This document shows, piece by piece, positions 26,318 to 36,850 of a stretch of DNA of 64,000 nucleotides (the stretch's first letter is position 1; the number at the start of each line of letters is the position of its first letter). The stretch comes from Marsupella aquatica (taxonomy: Eukaryota > Plantae > Marchantiophyta), in assembly GCA_973895155.1 (NCBI GenBank), contig OZ316897.1:20984260-21048259 (forward strand), written 5' to 3'. The notes below the pieces were generated by a model, which did not search any database, was not told the origin of the DNA, and saw only the letters and a program-made list of their open reading frames with translations. The position numbers and the translations under genes are program-made.

Positions 26318-29300
26318 ATAACTATAATACCGGGACAACAGAGCTGCAAACGGGGGCCACAGATTATTAAATGTTCCACGTTCAGTATCTTATGCGATAA
26401 GGTACAGTACAGGAACAGGAATCAAAGTGAATCCGTACCGAAGAAGCTCTACGAAATAATCGGCCCGAGAACATACCGGTTCGTGGTTCTGCAATACGGT
26501 ACCAAAATCAAATTACTTTTACCGAATCAGGACTACCTTACTTAAGATTGCTTCAGGTTCACTTAATTAAGCTTCAGCTGTTAGGCCTTCTACGGTTCTA
26601 GACCGTAGGCCGTTCGGAACTTCCATTGAAATCAGTTCCTGAACGAACATTCCTTTTCGTGTTCGTGGTTTGGCTCGTATCATAAATAGCCAATGATGAA
26701 TCGGGAAAGGAGTATCCAGAATCAACATCGAAGCGTGCCATCTATGCTCTTCTGTCGAGCACAACCACGATGCACACACAACACAACCATGAGCGACACA
26801 GACACCTATATCAAAACAGATCGACAACGTACATGCCGGTTTGAGGTTCGGCATTCCCAGAAATCAGGCATGAGCTATAGATCGAGAAATTAAGTTTTCA
26901 AATCAGCTAGAGAAACATACCGGTTCGAGATTGAACATTGCCAAAATTTTCAATAACCTGGGAGGTCTACAGTAGCATCTCAACGAGTATTCGTTCGTCG
27001 TAAGCTGCAGCTTTCTTCCGAGGGTTCCTGACCACCATAGCCATCAGAGTTGCAGTCAGTCACACGGCGTCCATCACCACTGAACAGTGCTGAGGAATCA
27101 CCTGCACAAGCAATCGAGAGGGAGTTGCTGGTGAACGCCACATGTACAGTAGTGGTGAGCGCAAATAGTCTTCCAGAAGCAGCCATGAGGCCGCGGAGAT
27201 TCAAAATATTGTGAAAAGGGGCGCGGGGGACAAATTAGCTTCAAAGACATTGGGAGTTCAACGGAGAGGTTTTCTTACTCACCCGAGTTCAGGTTAGAAC
27301 TGAGAACCCCCTCCCCACACCTCCTTTATAACAAGTAACTTTTTTAAGGGAACAGCTACTTGACATAAAAGAGGTGTGGAATAAAACAGTAAATAGTAAG
27401 AACCCCGGCCCACACCTCCGAATATCAAGTAAATAGCAAGTACCTCCAGAAATATAATTAACTATAACCTGTATTTTCAGACTTTTGAGCCACCTTGTGA
27501 CTGAAGAACTGTTGCTTTGGCATGTACAGGCTAGAAACACCGTTGGCTGGCCTTGGGTGCTTACGTCCTGTAAAGCCAACAATAGCGATTTAATTGCTCT
27601 GCATCTAGTGGCCACAAATGTGCTTATTTAGACTAGGACAGGTTGTGTAAAGTTCCATGTAGGCTTGGGTGGAGATACTATGAAAGCTAGAAATGAAACA
27701 AGGCACATGAATTAGGAGAAGATGTAAATAATGTGTGTTTTGTTTCTGAAGGACACAAATCAACTTACAATAAAATTTATGATTGTCCCAAGTCCACTGA
27801 AGATGTTCCTTTCAATCTGCTCTGTTAGAACACCAGCATTAGACAACTGCCAATGAGAACTGTCACTTACAATTTAAAGGTGTCACTGCCAGGTAGTCCA
27901 AAATATTAAATATTCCTTCACCATGGTTCGTTTGTTCCTTTTGATGCACAGATGGTTTGTTCATTTTTGCTGTAGAAATGGACACTTTTCATTCATCACA
28001 TAGAAGTCTCCACTGAGCTGTTTACCATACTGCAGCAGGTTGGAATCCAGTCAGCATGCAGTTGTAACCAATAGGCTGCATGGTTGGCCCTTGGAAATAG
28101 TCCTACCTATGTTTATGAGAAAAATCCACCTCCAAATTGAGTATAAGATGCTATAGCGGTGGTCAACCTGCGCATCTGAGAAGGGTCTTCGATGATGTAA
28201 TCTCCCAAAGATTGGAAGGAATTGAACACTGTGAGACTTCATAGGCATGATTGTTGAAAGCTTAGCCCTGCTCAACTACCTTTCACTCTCGTCATTTTAG
28301 TGCTGTGGAGGGAAAGCTAGACCACGAATTTCCTTGACTTCAACGCGCAACTGACTGACACCCAAGAGCATATTAGCAACCTAATAATATAGCACAGTTA
28401 TGTATCTTTGACATCAAAAACGCATGACCTCTCTCTGGTTCGTCTTCCTCAACGTCAGCAAACATGACAAGTGAGTCACCACTGAAGGGAGAATCTGGGA
28501 GAATGTGCTGCATAATTATATGGAAACCCCATGACCCAAACGTCATACAATGCCATCCTTTTTTTTCTTTATTATTTCTTTTTGATGAGCTTTTTCTGAG
28601 TGCACGTGAGATAGGTCCCCATCCAATTTTAAGTGCATAAGTCCCAGGTTTTGTGTGGACTCTCTGACGTACTTGTAATTCTGAAAAGTTAAATATGATG
28701 TATCATGTGAGCAGTACAGTTCATCGCCTTTAATTAGTTTTCGCTCTGCAAAGCGAGTGTTGAATTGAGACTTGGGGAAATTGCACGCATTACAAGGAAA
28801 TGTGCTTGACACAACAATCCAATCAACTTGGTGATAGAATGACTATGTGGAGGGTGATGCGTGTGAATAAATGGCTGCAGCAATGAAAAACTAAAATGGC
28901 ATTGGACAGGTCCACCACGCACATCATTTTCCTTTGGAAAGGGAATGACGTGCGCTAGTCAAGACTGTACATAGTTGACTCCACCCACCATGAATGCCAT
29001 TAAATCCTGCACACACACACAGCTACCGTATGGCTCTCCCATCTACCAAGTTGCGGTGCAGACCCACGTCTATGTCAAGCAAACCACCTACATGGATCGA
29101 TGGATGGCAACATGGGACCTCCTACAATTTATCTTAAAGTCTAGAGCAACGAAAAAAGTTCTCCAACTCTCTAAGGGTGGCTGTACAAGACTTATTAGAG
29201 TGCATTATTTAGTGATTTTTTCTCTCTACTAAAGCAAACTGGAAAGACACTTCTTGTTCTAAAGTGTAGGGGCCAAAACATTGTGAATGAAGTCAATGGA

Positions 29301-30319
29301 ATGAAGTTCTCTTGAAGGAAGGAGCGAATGTTTGGAAATGTACACCATTGGATGTGGTCTAAACTTCTAGAGAAAAATAAACACTCCAGATGAGCATTTA
29401 CTTGGGCCCATTCCCTGCCATGAAGGATTGGCAAGGAATGCAACCTTACCACTCCAAACTGAACACAAATGCCTTTGAGCCAACTGTTTTGCCAATTGGA
29501 GTAATTCACACTGATTCACAATCCAGATTTAATGTCAGGGAATCAAAGAAACAATGGGCCAAGACCCTATAAAGCCACCCCAACTTTGTTGGAGATTGTA
29601 TTATAAATCTCTAGCTTACTACTATAGCTTAGATTACAGCTTAAGCTAGGGTTTGAATTACAATCTAAAGCTGATGGTGGTCGTATGGAATTTTGGGTGT
29701 TAATTAGTAAATACTGAGGTAGAGAGGATTCATTGGGCCTTCCTCACCAACATGGTTTATTTTGGTCTCCAGTGGAATGCTCTACTATGAGCCAAATGTT
29801 TTCTGCCTTTGTTTTGTGGTTGCTTAACTATATTCTGTCGTAAAAGGAGTAATTTACTTGGAATTTACTCAATAGGTGAAGGTAGTGAATTCCATCAAGA
29901 AAATGTGCACAATTCAAAGGTGGGCAGGCAAAAACCAATAAGTTGATGCAGCGTTAGACATGATTTTGCTGCCTTCTGTGGTGGGTATTTTGGCCAGTTT
30001 AAGGTGGGTTTTCCCCGGATGCTTGGTTTCTGGCCTGGCACGTGTGCCAATGTTGTTTCCCCTCCCAAACCACCCAACATGTTAGACGGTTTCTGTGCTA
30101 GGGTGAGGTTTCTCCCTCCTTTAAAAGTAATCTAAACTCTAGAATATATAATCTTATTCTTTCTTTCTCATGATCTGTTCACGAAATATGGGGTGAAATA
30201 AGATTATGGTGGGAAGCCTCCCTGGCTGTTTTATTATGGTTACATTTTCCTAAGTAACCAGGAATGGACCTAAGGGTTGTGTTCCATTCGCCCTCGGGCA
30301 CACGAAACCCCCTTCCGGC

Positions 30320-30758
30320 TGTTGAGCATAGACGACGATCGCAACGGCAAGCCCATGAACCATCCAACGCACAATAGTCGACACAAGAGATACGTGGTTC
30401 ACCTCCTTGAGGCTACGTCCACGGGAACACACAAGAGAGCTTTACTGAACTCTAAGCCCGTCGGCTATACCGAGTCTCCACAGTGTAAGCTCTCCCTATC
30501 TCTCAAGTGGCTCCATAACAATGAGCCTTGGTTCTACCTCTCCAAGCACACATGCCTCTTATGATATAGTGTGCAACTTAGTTGTACCTAACCACATAGT
30601 TGTACCTAACCACATAGTTATACCTAATCACGTAGTTGTACCTAACCACATAGTTGTACCTAATCACGTAGTTGTACCTAACCACGTAGTTGTACCAACC
30701 CACGTTGTTGTACCAACCACGTCATACCTAACCTAGACGTAAGAGTAAATACCCAACA
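30320..30758 (-). repeat. 3' LTR (439 bp)
   Basis: TGTTGAGC...ACCCAACA; matches 36412-36850 except for two substitutions seen by eye. Confidence 0.97.
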
Positions 30759-30770
30759 ATCTTCCCCTTG
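30759..30770 (-). other. Polypurine tract
   Basis: Minus strand CAAGGGGAAGAT directly abutting the 3' LTR. Confidence 0.85.
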
Positions 30771-30949
30771 ACTCTGGTCTAGGGGAGAGTAATACTGCCA
30801 ATGTATATGATCCCTCAGCGGGAAGTTCTGGACAGAAACCAAACCGGTTTCCCTCTCTAACTAGAGCAAACCAGAACTAAGCCGTAGCCTAATACATAGG
30901 AATGAGGAAGAGCATATATCAGTAATTACAATGAATGTTTAAGAAAACT

Positions 30950-33900
30950 CTACTTGTGATGCAATTGCAAAACCTGCAATACGTCACGGTGTCTAGAGAA
31001 ACTCTCCAAAGGAATCACTTTGGTAAATGCGTCAGCCGGGTTGAGTTTACCATCAATCTTGACTAGCTCAAACAAATTATCAGACACAGCCTGCCTGATA
31101 AAATGGTACCTGACGTCAATGTGCTTCACTCTGCTGTCCATCACCTGGTTCACAGCAAGGTGGAGCGCACTTTGACTATCACAATGGAGCTTCACATTCC
31201 CCTGTGGCAATCCCATTTCAGTGATAAGTCTATCCAACCAAATCGCTTCCTTTGCTGCTTCTGCAGCTGCAACATACTCCGCTTCTGTAGTAGACTGAGC
31301 AATACACTTCTGCAAAGTAGACCTCCAACTTATGCATCCACCGCCAAGTGTGAACACGTATCCTGTTGTTGATCTCCTTCGGTCCAAATCTTGTCCATAG
31401 TCAGAATCTACATAGCCAATCAATGATCTAGCATTCTTTGCATTCGCATCAAATAAAAGACCATGATCCACGGTACCCTTCAAGTACCTGATAATCCACT
31501 TCACTGCTTCCCAGTGTACCTTCCCTGGATTCGACATGTACCTGCTCACCTTGCCCATAGCCATGGCAAGATCAGGTCTAGTGCAAGTCATCAAATACAT
31601 GAGACTCCCCACTGCCTTGTCATATGGAACCTTTGACATCAACCCCTTCTCTGTGTCATCCGTAGGACAGAACGCTGATGATAACTTGAAGTGTGGAGCC
31701 AACGGGGTACTTACTGGCTTGCTATTCTCCATGTTGAACCTTGCAATTACCTTCCTCGCATAACTGCTCTGCGTCAACCATAGCTTGCCAGCCTCCAAGT
31801 CCCTAGTGATCTCCATACCCAAAATCCTCTTAGCTGGCCCTAAGTCCTTCATCTTAAACTCTGCACTAAGCAGTGCCTTGAGCTTAACAATCTCAGACCT
31901 ATCCTTGGCTGCAATTAGCATGTCATCCACATAAAGTACTAAAACAATGAACCCAAAGACAACATTCTTCACCGGTTTCAAATACACACAAGGGTCAAAT
32001 ACACTTCTGTGAAAACCTTGTGACCGAATCCAATCGTCAAACCGCTTGTTCCACTGTCTTGGTGACTGCTTCAACCCATACAAGGATTTCAGCAATCTGC
32101 AAACCAATTCCTCCTGTCCTCTCTTCACAAAACCTAGCGGTTGTCTCATGAAGATCACCTCTTCCAATGTGCCATAGAGGAAAGCTGTGACAACATCCAT
32201 CTGATCTAGGAGCAGACCAAACATTACAACAAGTACACACAATAGTCGTATTGTAGAGTACTTAGCAACTGGTGAGAAGACCTCATTGTAATCCACACCT
32301 TTCTCTTGTGTGAATCCCTTTGCTACCAATCTAGCCTTGTAGACCTTCGATCCACCTCCTATGGAATTATCCTTCAGCTTGTAAATCCACTTGCTGTCCA
32401 CCACTTGCTGACCCTTAGGCAGCTTAACAAGCTCCCAAGTTTTGTTGTCCTTTAGTGACTGCATCTCCGTTTGCATTGCTGCAGTCCACTTCTGCTTCTC
32501 CTTTGAAGCACTTGCCTCATGAAATGAAGAAGGTTCTCCTTCTTCCAAAATTAACGCATCACCCTCATCATCAGTTGTAAAATCATCCTCTTGCAGTTGA
32601 GATGAATCAACCCACTGTCCATACCTTGATGGAGCGCGTACAGTGCGACCAGATGTTCTTCTAGCCGATGACTCCGGTTGATCTGCGTGTGCTGGTACAA
32701 TTTGAAGCTCAACAGCATCCACTTGCTGCTCACCAGCATCAACAAACTCCTCTGGTTCCTCTGGCACAGGAACCAGCTCCATAATTGGAGCAACTCCTTC
32801 TCTCCGGTCATGCACCTCATAACCAATCTCCCCCTCAACGAGATCCGGGATAGGAGATTTTCCTTTGTCAGTACGGGAGACCTGAGTATTCTCCCCCTCC
32901 TTCAATAATCTGGATTCATTAAAGGAAACATCCCTACTAACAACGAGCTTACAGGCAATAGGATCCCATAGCCTATAGGCTTTCACACCACTCTGGTACC
33001 CAAGAAAAACACATTTCCTGGAGGTAGGATCCAACTTGGTCCTATTCTGCTTTGGTGTGAGAGCATATGCATCACTTCCAAAAATTACCAAGCCATGATA
33101 GTCTGCTTGCCGCTTATAGCGCATCTCAAACGGCGTTTTGAAATTGATAGCACTAGAAGGAGAAAGATTTACCAAATAAGCTGCGGTATTGACAGCTTCT
33201 GCCCAAAATTCTTGTGGTAAACCTGATTGGCTCAACATACTCCGTGACCGCTCCAACAGTGTCCGATTGAGCCTCTCAGCGACACCATTCTGCTGCGGAG
33301 TATAAACTGTGGTGAGATGGCGAGTTATCCCCTGTTCTGAACAGTACTCTTCAAATTCCATTGAAGTGTACTCCCCGCCGTTGTCTGACCTCAGACTCTT
33401 CACCCTTGTATCCAAACACTTGATCGTGTTTCCAGTCTGATTCTCCACCTGGGCCTTCCACTTCTTAAAAATGGACAAGACATCAGACTTATGCGTCATG
33501 AAATAAATCCACACAAATCTTGAGTAATCATCAATAAATGATACATAGTACAACTTTCCAGAGTGTAAGGGAGTCGGGGATGGACCCCACACGTCACTAT
33601 GTATGTACTCAAGAACCGCTTTGGAACGATGAGTTCCAACACCAAAAGCACGACGATGCTGCTTTCCAAGAATGCAATGCTCACAAAACTCTAATTTACA
33701 AGATTGCAAATCAGAAATGAGTCCATTCTTCCGTAAGATAGCCAAACCCTTCTCACTCATGTGGCCTAGCCGTGAATGCCACAGTTGAGTCATCTCCTCG
33801 TGAGACTTGGTTACATTGGCCTCTCCACATACAGTATTGCCCTGTAACACATACAAATTCTTTTGTCTACTCCCCTTCAAAATCACTGTCTCTCCCGACC

Positions 33901-34222
33901 TGACTTGAAGTTCACCATCAATAACGCTCCATTGATGACCATTTGAATCCAACACACCGAGTGAAATCAGATTCTTACGCATGCCAGGTACATACCTGAC
34001 TCCGGACACTGTGCGCACAGCGTCATCAAACATTTGAATCTTCACAGACCCAATTCCCTCAATTTGACAGGAGTGATCATTTCCCATCAGAACTGAACCG
34101 TTTGAAATAGAGTAAGAACTGAAAAACTCACGAATGTAACAAATATGAAAAGAGCAAGCACAATCAAGAATCCACACATCATCTGCTCTCCTAGATGACG
34201 TGCACAGGGCATACCCCCGGCT
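30950..34222 (-). CDS. pol: Copia Pol (protease, GAG-pre-integrase, integrase, RT, RNase H); in frame with gag behind a UGA
   Basis: WILDCACSFH (PR); LWHSRLGH...CEHC, IHSDVWGP, LRSDNGGEY, QQNGVAER (INT); YKARLVAKG, QMDVVTAFL, LYVDDMLI (RT); GYVDSDY, STTEAEY, KHIDVRYHFIR (RNase H). Uninterrupted frame. Confidence 0.95.
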   Translation of the reverse strand, partial: SRGYALCTSSRRADDVWILDCACSFHICYIREFFSSYSISNGSVLMGNDHSCQIEGIGSVKIQMFDDAVRTVSGVRYVPGMRKNLISLGVLDSNGHQWSVIDGELQVRSGETVILKGSRQKNLYVLQGNTVCGEANVTKSHEEMTQLWHSRLGHMSEKGLAILRKNGLISDLQSCKLEFCEHCILGKQHRRAFGVGTHRSKAVLEYIHSDVWGPSPTPLHSGKLYYVSFIDDYSRFVWIYFMTHKSDVLSIFKKWKAQVENQTGNTIKCLDTRVKSLRSDNGGEYTSMEFEEYCSEQGITRHLTTVYTPQQNGVAERLNRTLLERSRSMLSQSGLPQEFWAEAVNTAAYLVNLSPSSAINFKTPFEMRYKRQADYHGLVIFGSDAYALTPKQNRTKLDPTSRKCVFLGYQSGVKAYRLWDPIACKLVVSRDVSFNESRLLKEGENTQVSRTDKGKSPIPDLVEGEIGYEVHDRREGVAPIMELVPVPEEPEEFVDAGEQQVDAVELQIVPAHADQPESSARRTSGRTVRAPSRYGQWVDSSQLQEDDFTTDDEGDALILEEGEPSSFHEASASKEKQKWTAAMQTEMQSLKDNKTWELVKLPKGQQVVDSKWIYKLKDNSIGGGSKVYKARLVAKGFTQEKGVDYNEVFSPVAKYSTIRLLCVLVVMFGLLLDQMDVVTAFLYGTLEEVIFMRQPLGFVKRGQEELVCRLLKSLYGLKQSPRQWNKRFDDWIRSQGFHRSVFDPCVYLKPVKNVVFGFIVLVLYVDDMLIAAKDRSEIVKLKALLSAEFKMKDLGPAKRILGMEITRDLEAGKLWLTQSSYARKVIARFNMENSKPVSTPLAPHFKLSSAFCPTDDTEKGLMSKVPYDKAVGSLMYLMTCTRPDLAMAMGKVSRYMSNPGKVHWEAVKWIIRYLKGTVDHGLLFDANAKNARSLIGYVDSDYGQDLDRRRSTTGYVFTLGGGCISWRSTLQKCIAQSTTEAEYVAAAEAAKEAIWLDRLITEMGLPQGNVKLHCDSQSALHLAVNQVMDSRVKHIDVRYHFIRQAVSDNLFELVKIDGKLNPADAFTKVIPLESFSRHRDVLQVLQLHHK

Positions 34223-35257
34223 TCATAAAACATACTCATCATTGAGTAAATCAGCTTCTCCATCAGCCCTAGCCACATTTGCCGATGAAGTTTCCGCTGC
34301 CTTTCCCTTACAGTCTCGCTTGAAGTGTCCAACTTGGTTGCACTTCCAACATGTCACCTGCCTCCTCTGAGGGGATTTACCCTTGGACTTAGATCTGGAT
34401 TTAGATCTAAACTGGGTTCTACGGTCCCCAGTTGGTCGTTGCATACTCCTCCCACGGTTAATATTGAGGGCAGCACCAGATGATGAAGGCTGTGACGTTA
34501 TGTGCATCTTCTGCTGAAGATCATCACTAAGCAGAGAACTTACCACGTCATTGTATGAAATGGTATCCCTATCACGATGCAACAACACTCGTGATAGGGA
34601 CTGGTAAGATGGAGGCAATGAACTAAGAAGCTGCAGAGCCTTCGTCTCATCATTCAAAGTCTCCCCAAGGTTTTCCAAGTCAACGACCATGTCGTTGAAA
34701 GCATCCACATGGTCTTGCAACTTCGTACCAGATTCCTTCATCCTGAAACTCATCAGTTTGTAGGAAGTGTAGAGCCGGTTCGACAACTCCTTGCGGTGAT
34801 ACTTGCTCTGCAATTCCGCAAATAAGGACATGCAATCCTTATGTGCACCCAACTCCTTGATGAAGGGAGGCATGAGATAGAGTGTAACACACCACACTCC
34901 CTGCTCCTGCATGCAGTCCCATTGTTTCTCATCAACATCGTCTTCACGAGGGCTCAGCAGTTGGCCCATCCCTGACGCATAAAGCACTCCCTTCACCTGC
35001 TTCTCCCATAGCAAGTAGTCAGAGCGCCCATCATACTTTGTCACTTCATACTTGGGTCCCCCAAACTTGAAAGTCCCCATCTTCTTCTTTACCGTGAGCT
35101 CCGGTAGTAGTACTGCTTCCTCCACCACACGCCGCACCGGTGATGGTATCGGTGTCACGTGCTCTTCCTCCTGCTCCTCTCTCTGCCCCTGAAACCTCCG
35201 CGGTGACCCTAGTGCTTCAAGTTCCACGTCTTCGAAAAACTCCTCCGAATCACTCAT
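34223..35257 (-). CDS. gag: Copia Gag (344 aa)
   Basis: KYEVTKYDGRSDYLLW start motif, LLSSLPPSY, and CCHC zinc knuckle CWKCNQVGHFKRDC; ends NDEYVL-UGA. Confidence 0.95.
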   Translation of the reverse strand: MSDSEEFFEDVELEALGSPRRFQGQREEQEEEHVTPIPSPVRRVVEEAVLLPELTVKKKMGTFKFGGPKYEVTKYDGRSDYLLWEKQVKGVLYASGMGQLLSPREDDVDEKQWDCMQEQGVWCVTLYLMPPFIKELGAHKDCMSLFAELQSKYHRKELSNRLYTSYKLMSFRMKESGTKLQDHVDAFNDMVVDLENLGETLNDETKALQLLSSLPPSYQSLSRVLLHRDRDTISYNDVVSSLLSDDLQQKMHITSQPSSSGAALNINRGRSMQRPTGDRRTQFRSKSRSKSKGKSPQRRQVTCWKCNQVGHFKRDCKGKAAETSSANVARADGEADLLNDEYVL

Positions 35258-36397
35258 ATGAGAAAGTCACAAAAAATGTTGTTTTTCACAACTTCTCAAA
35301 AAACTCGAAACTCAACACCGCCGCGTAGCCCACAAAGCTAGGAGTCCAATACTGAAAACCAAAATCAAAATCGAAATTTGACGGAAAAGTTATTCAAATT
35401 TCGGTCGAGGTGGGTAAAACCTTGGGAAACTCCCCCGTTTTGACCACCTCAGGGAATAACCGAAATACCAAGTACAACCCGTTGTCGGAATTGCGATGTG
35501 ATTGGTGCGCTGCATTGCCAACTTCAATGGCTACGACCTCGCCGAAAAATAACCAAAAAAGTTACCGTTCGGCGGATGAAATCTTTGTCGGACGGTCAAA
35601 AAATAGCTCTCTGGTTTTTTGGAATATTCTATGACCCTTGTACAGGCCCTGTGGGAATTTTGGAAGAACAATCGAGGGGCTGACATGTGTCCTCGAACCC
35701 CCAAAACCCCCTACCACCCTTCGTCGTCGAAATCTGGTCGCGCGCGCAGAAAATACACACGGCAGAATGTACCCCTCGACACCAAACGCAAGATATCTCA
35801 CTCGAGTTTTGACTAAATCAAGATCCGATTTCAGATTTGGAAACTAGACTCCGAGGTGATGAAGATCGATATAAGAAGCACCCAAAACGAGGAAAGAACG
35901 AGGGAGAAAAAAATTGGTAAAGATGACAGATTTCTCTCAATTGCCATAGCCAATTTCGAATCAGTTTTTCAAAGAGAAAAAAATGGTACCTTGTCAACAA
36001 TGAATGTTGATCAATTGCACTTGGTGTCGTCACCAAGTCCAACAAGGTAATTGATTTTGCTTAGCCTTCCTCTTTGCATCAAAGAGCCAATCCCGGACTC
36101 AAAAACAATCGTCTTGCCTCAATCTCTCCGTTGAGTCAAAACACTTGACGCTTCTCCCTCTGAGTCGATTGCCAACTTTCTTCACAAAATCCAGAACGAC
36201 GAAAACTTAGATCTCTCTGCACCACAAGCTCCGTTCAACGATTTCTTCACACCGTTAGAAAGCTCTTGCCCTGATCTATCCGTTGAGCCCATAAACTCCA
36301 AGTTCCATGCGATGGAACTCTGGAAAATCCACCAACACTCAACGCTGGAAAAACCATCATGAAATCCCGTCACGAACACACGTCACCTCCCAAGCAT

Positions 36398-36409
36398 GCT
36401 CTGATACCA
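36398..36409 (-). other. Primer-binding site for initiator tRNA-Met
   Basis: Minus strand TGGTATCAGAGC, 2 nt inside the 5' LTR boundary. Confidence 0.95.
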
Positions 36410-36411
36410 AT

Positions 36412-36850
36412 TGTTGAGCATAGACGACGATCGCAACGGCAAGCCCATGAACCATCCAACGCACAATAGTCGACACAAGAGATACGTGGTTCACCTCCTT
36501 GAGGCTACGTCCACGGGAACACACAAGAGAGCTTTACTGAACTCTAAGCCCGTCGGCTATACCGAGTCTCCACAGTGTAAGCTCTCCCTATCTCTCAAGT
36601 GGCTCCATAACAATGAGCCTTGGTTCTACCTCTCCAAGCACACATGCCTCTTATGATATAGTGTGCAACTTAGTTGTACCTAACCACATAGTTGTACCTA
36701 ACCACATAGTTGTACCTAATCACGTAGTTGTACCTAACCACATAGTTGTACCTAATCACGTAGTTGTACCTAACCACGTAGTTGTACCAACCCACGTTGT
36801 TGTACCAACCACGTTATACCTAACCTAGACGTAAGAGTAAATACCCAACA
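36412..36850 (-). repeat. 5' LTR (439 bp) with an 18-bp tandem array in U3
   Basis: Direct repeat of 30320-30758; ~8 copies of TAGTTGTACCTAAYCACR at ~36671-36813. Confidence 0.97.

Larger units (their letters stand above)
30320..36850 (-). mobile_element. Full-length Ty1/copia LTR retrotransposon (Tnt1/Tork-like), 6531 bp
   Basis: TG...CA LTRs at 30320-30758 and 36412-36850; CCGGC TSD at 30315-30319 and 36851-36855; PBS and PPT present; domain order gag-PR-INT-RT-RNaseH. Confidence 0.98.

Noticed and set aside
30521-30736. ORFs with (VVPNH)n repeats here and at 36613-36828
   Set aside because: They are translations of the 18-bp LTR tandem repeat on the antisense strand, not proteins.
34223-34240. 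Ribosomal frameshift at the gag/pol junction
   Set aside because: Pol is in the same frame as gag and there is no X_XXY_YYZ slippery heptamer.
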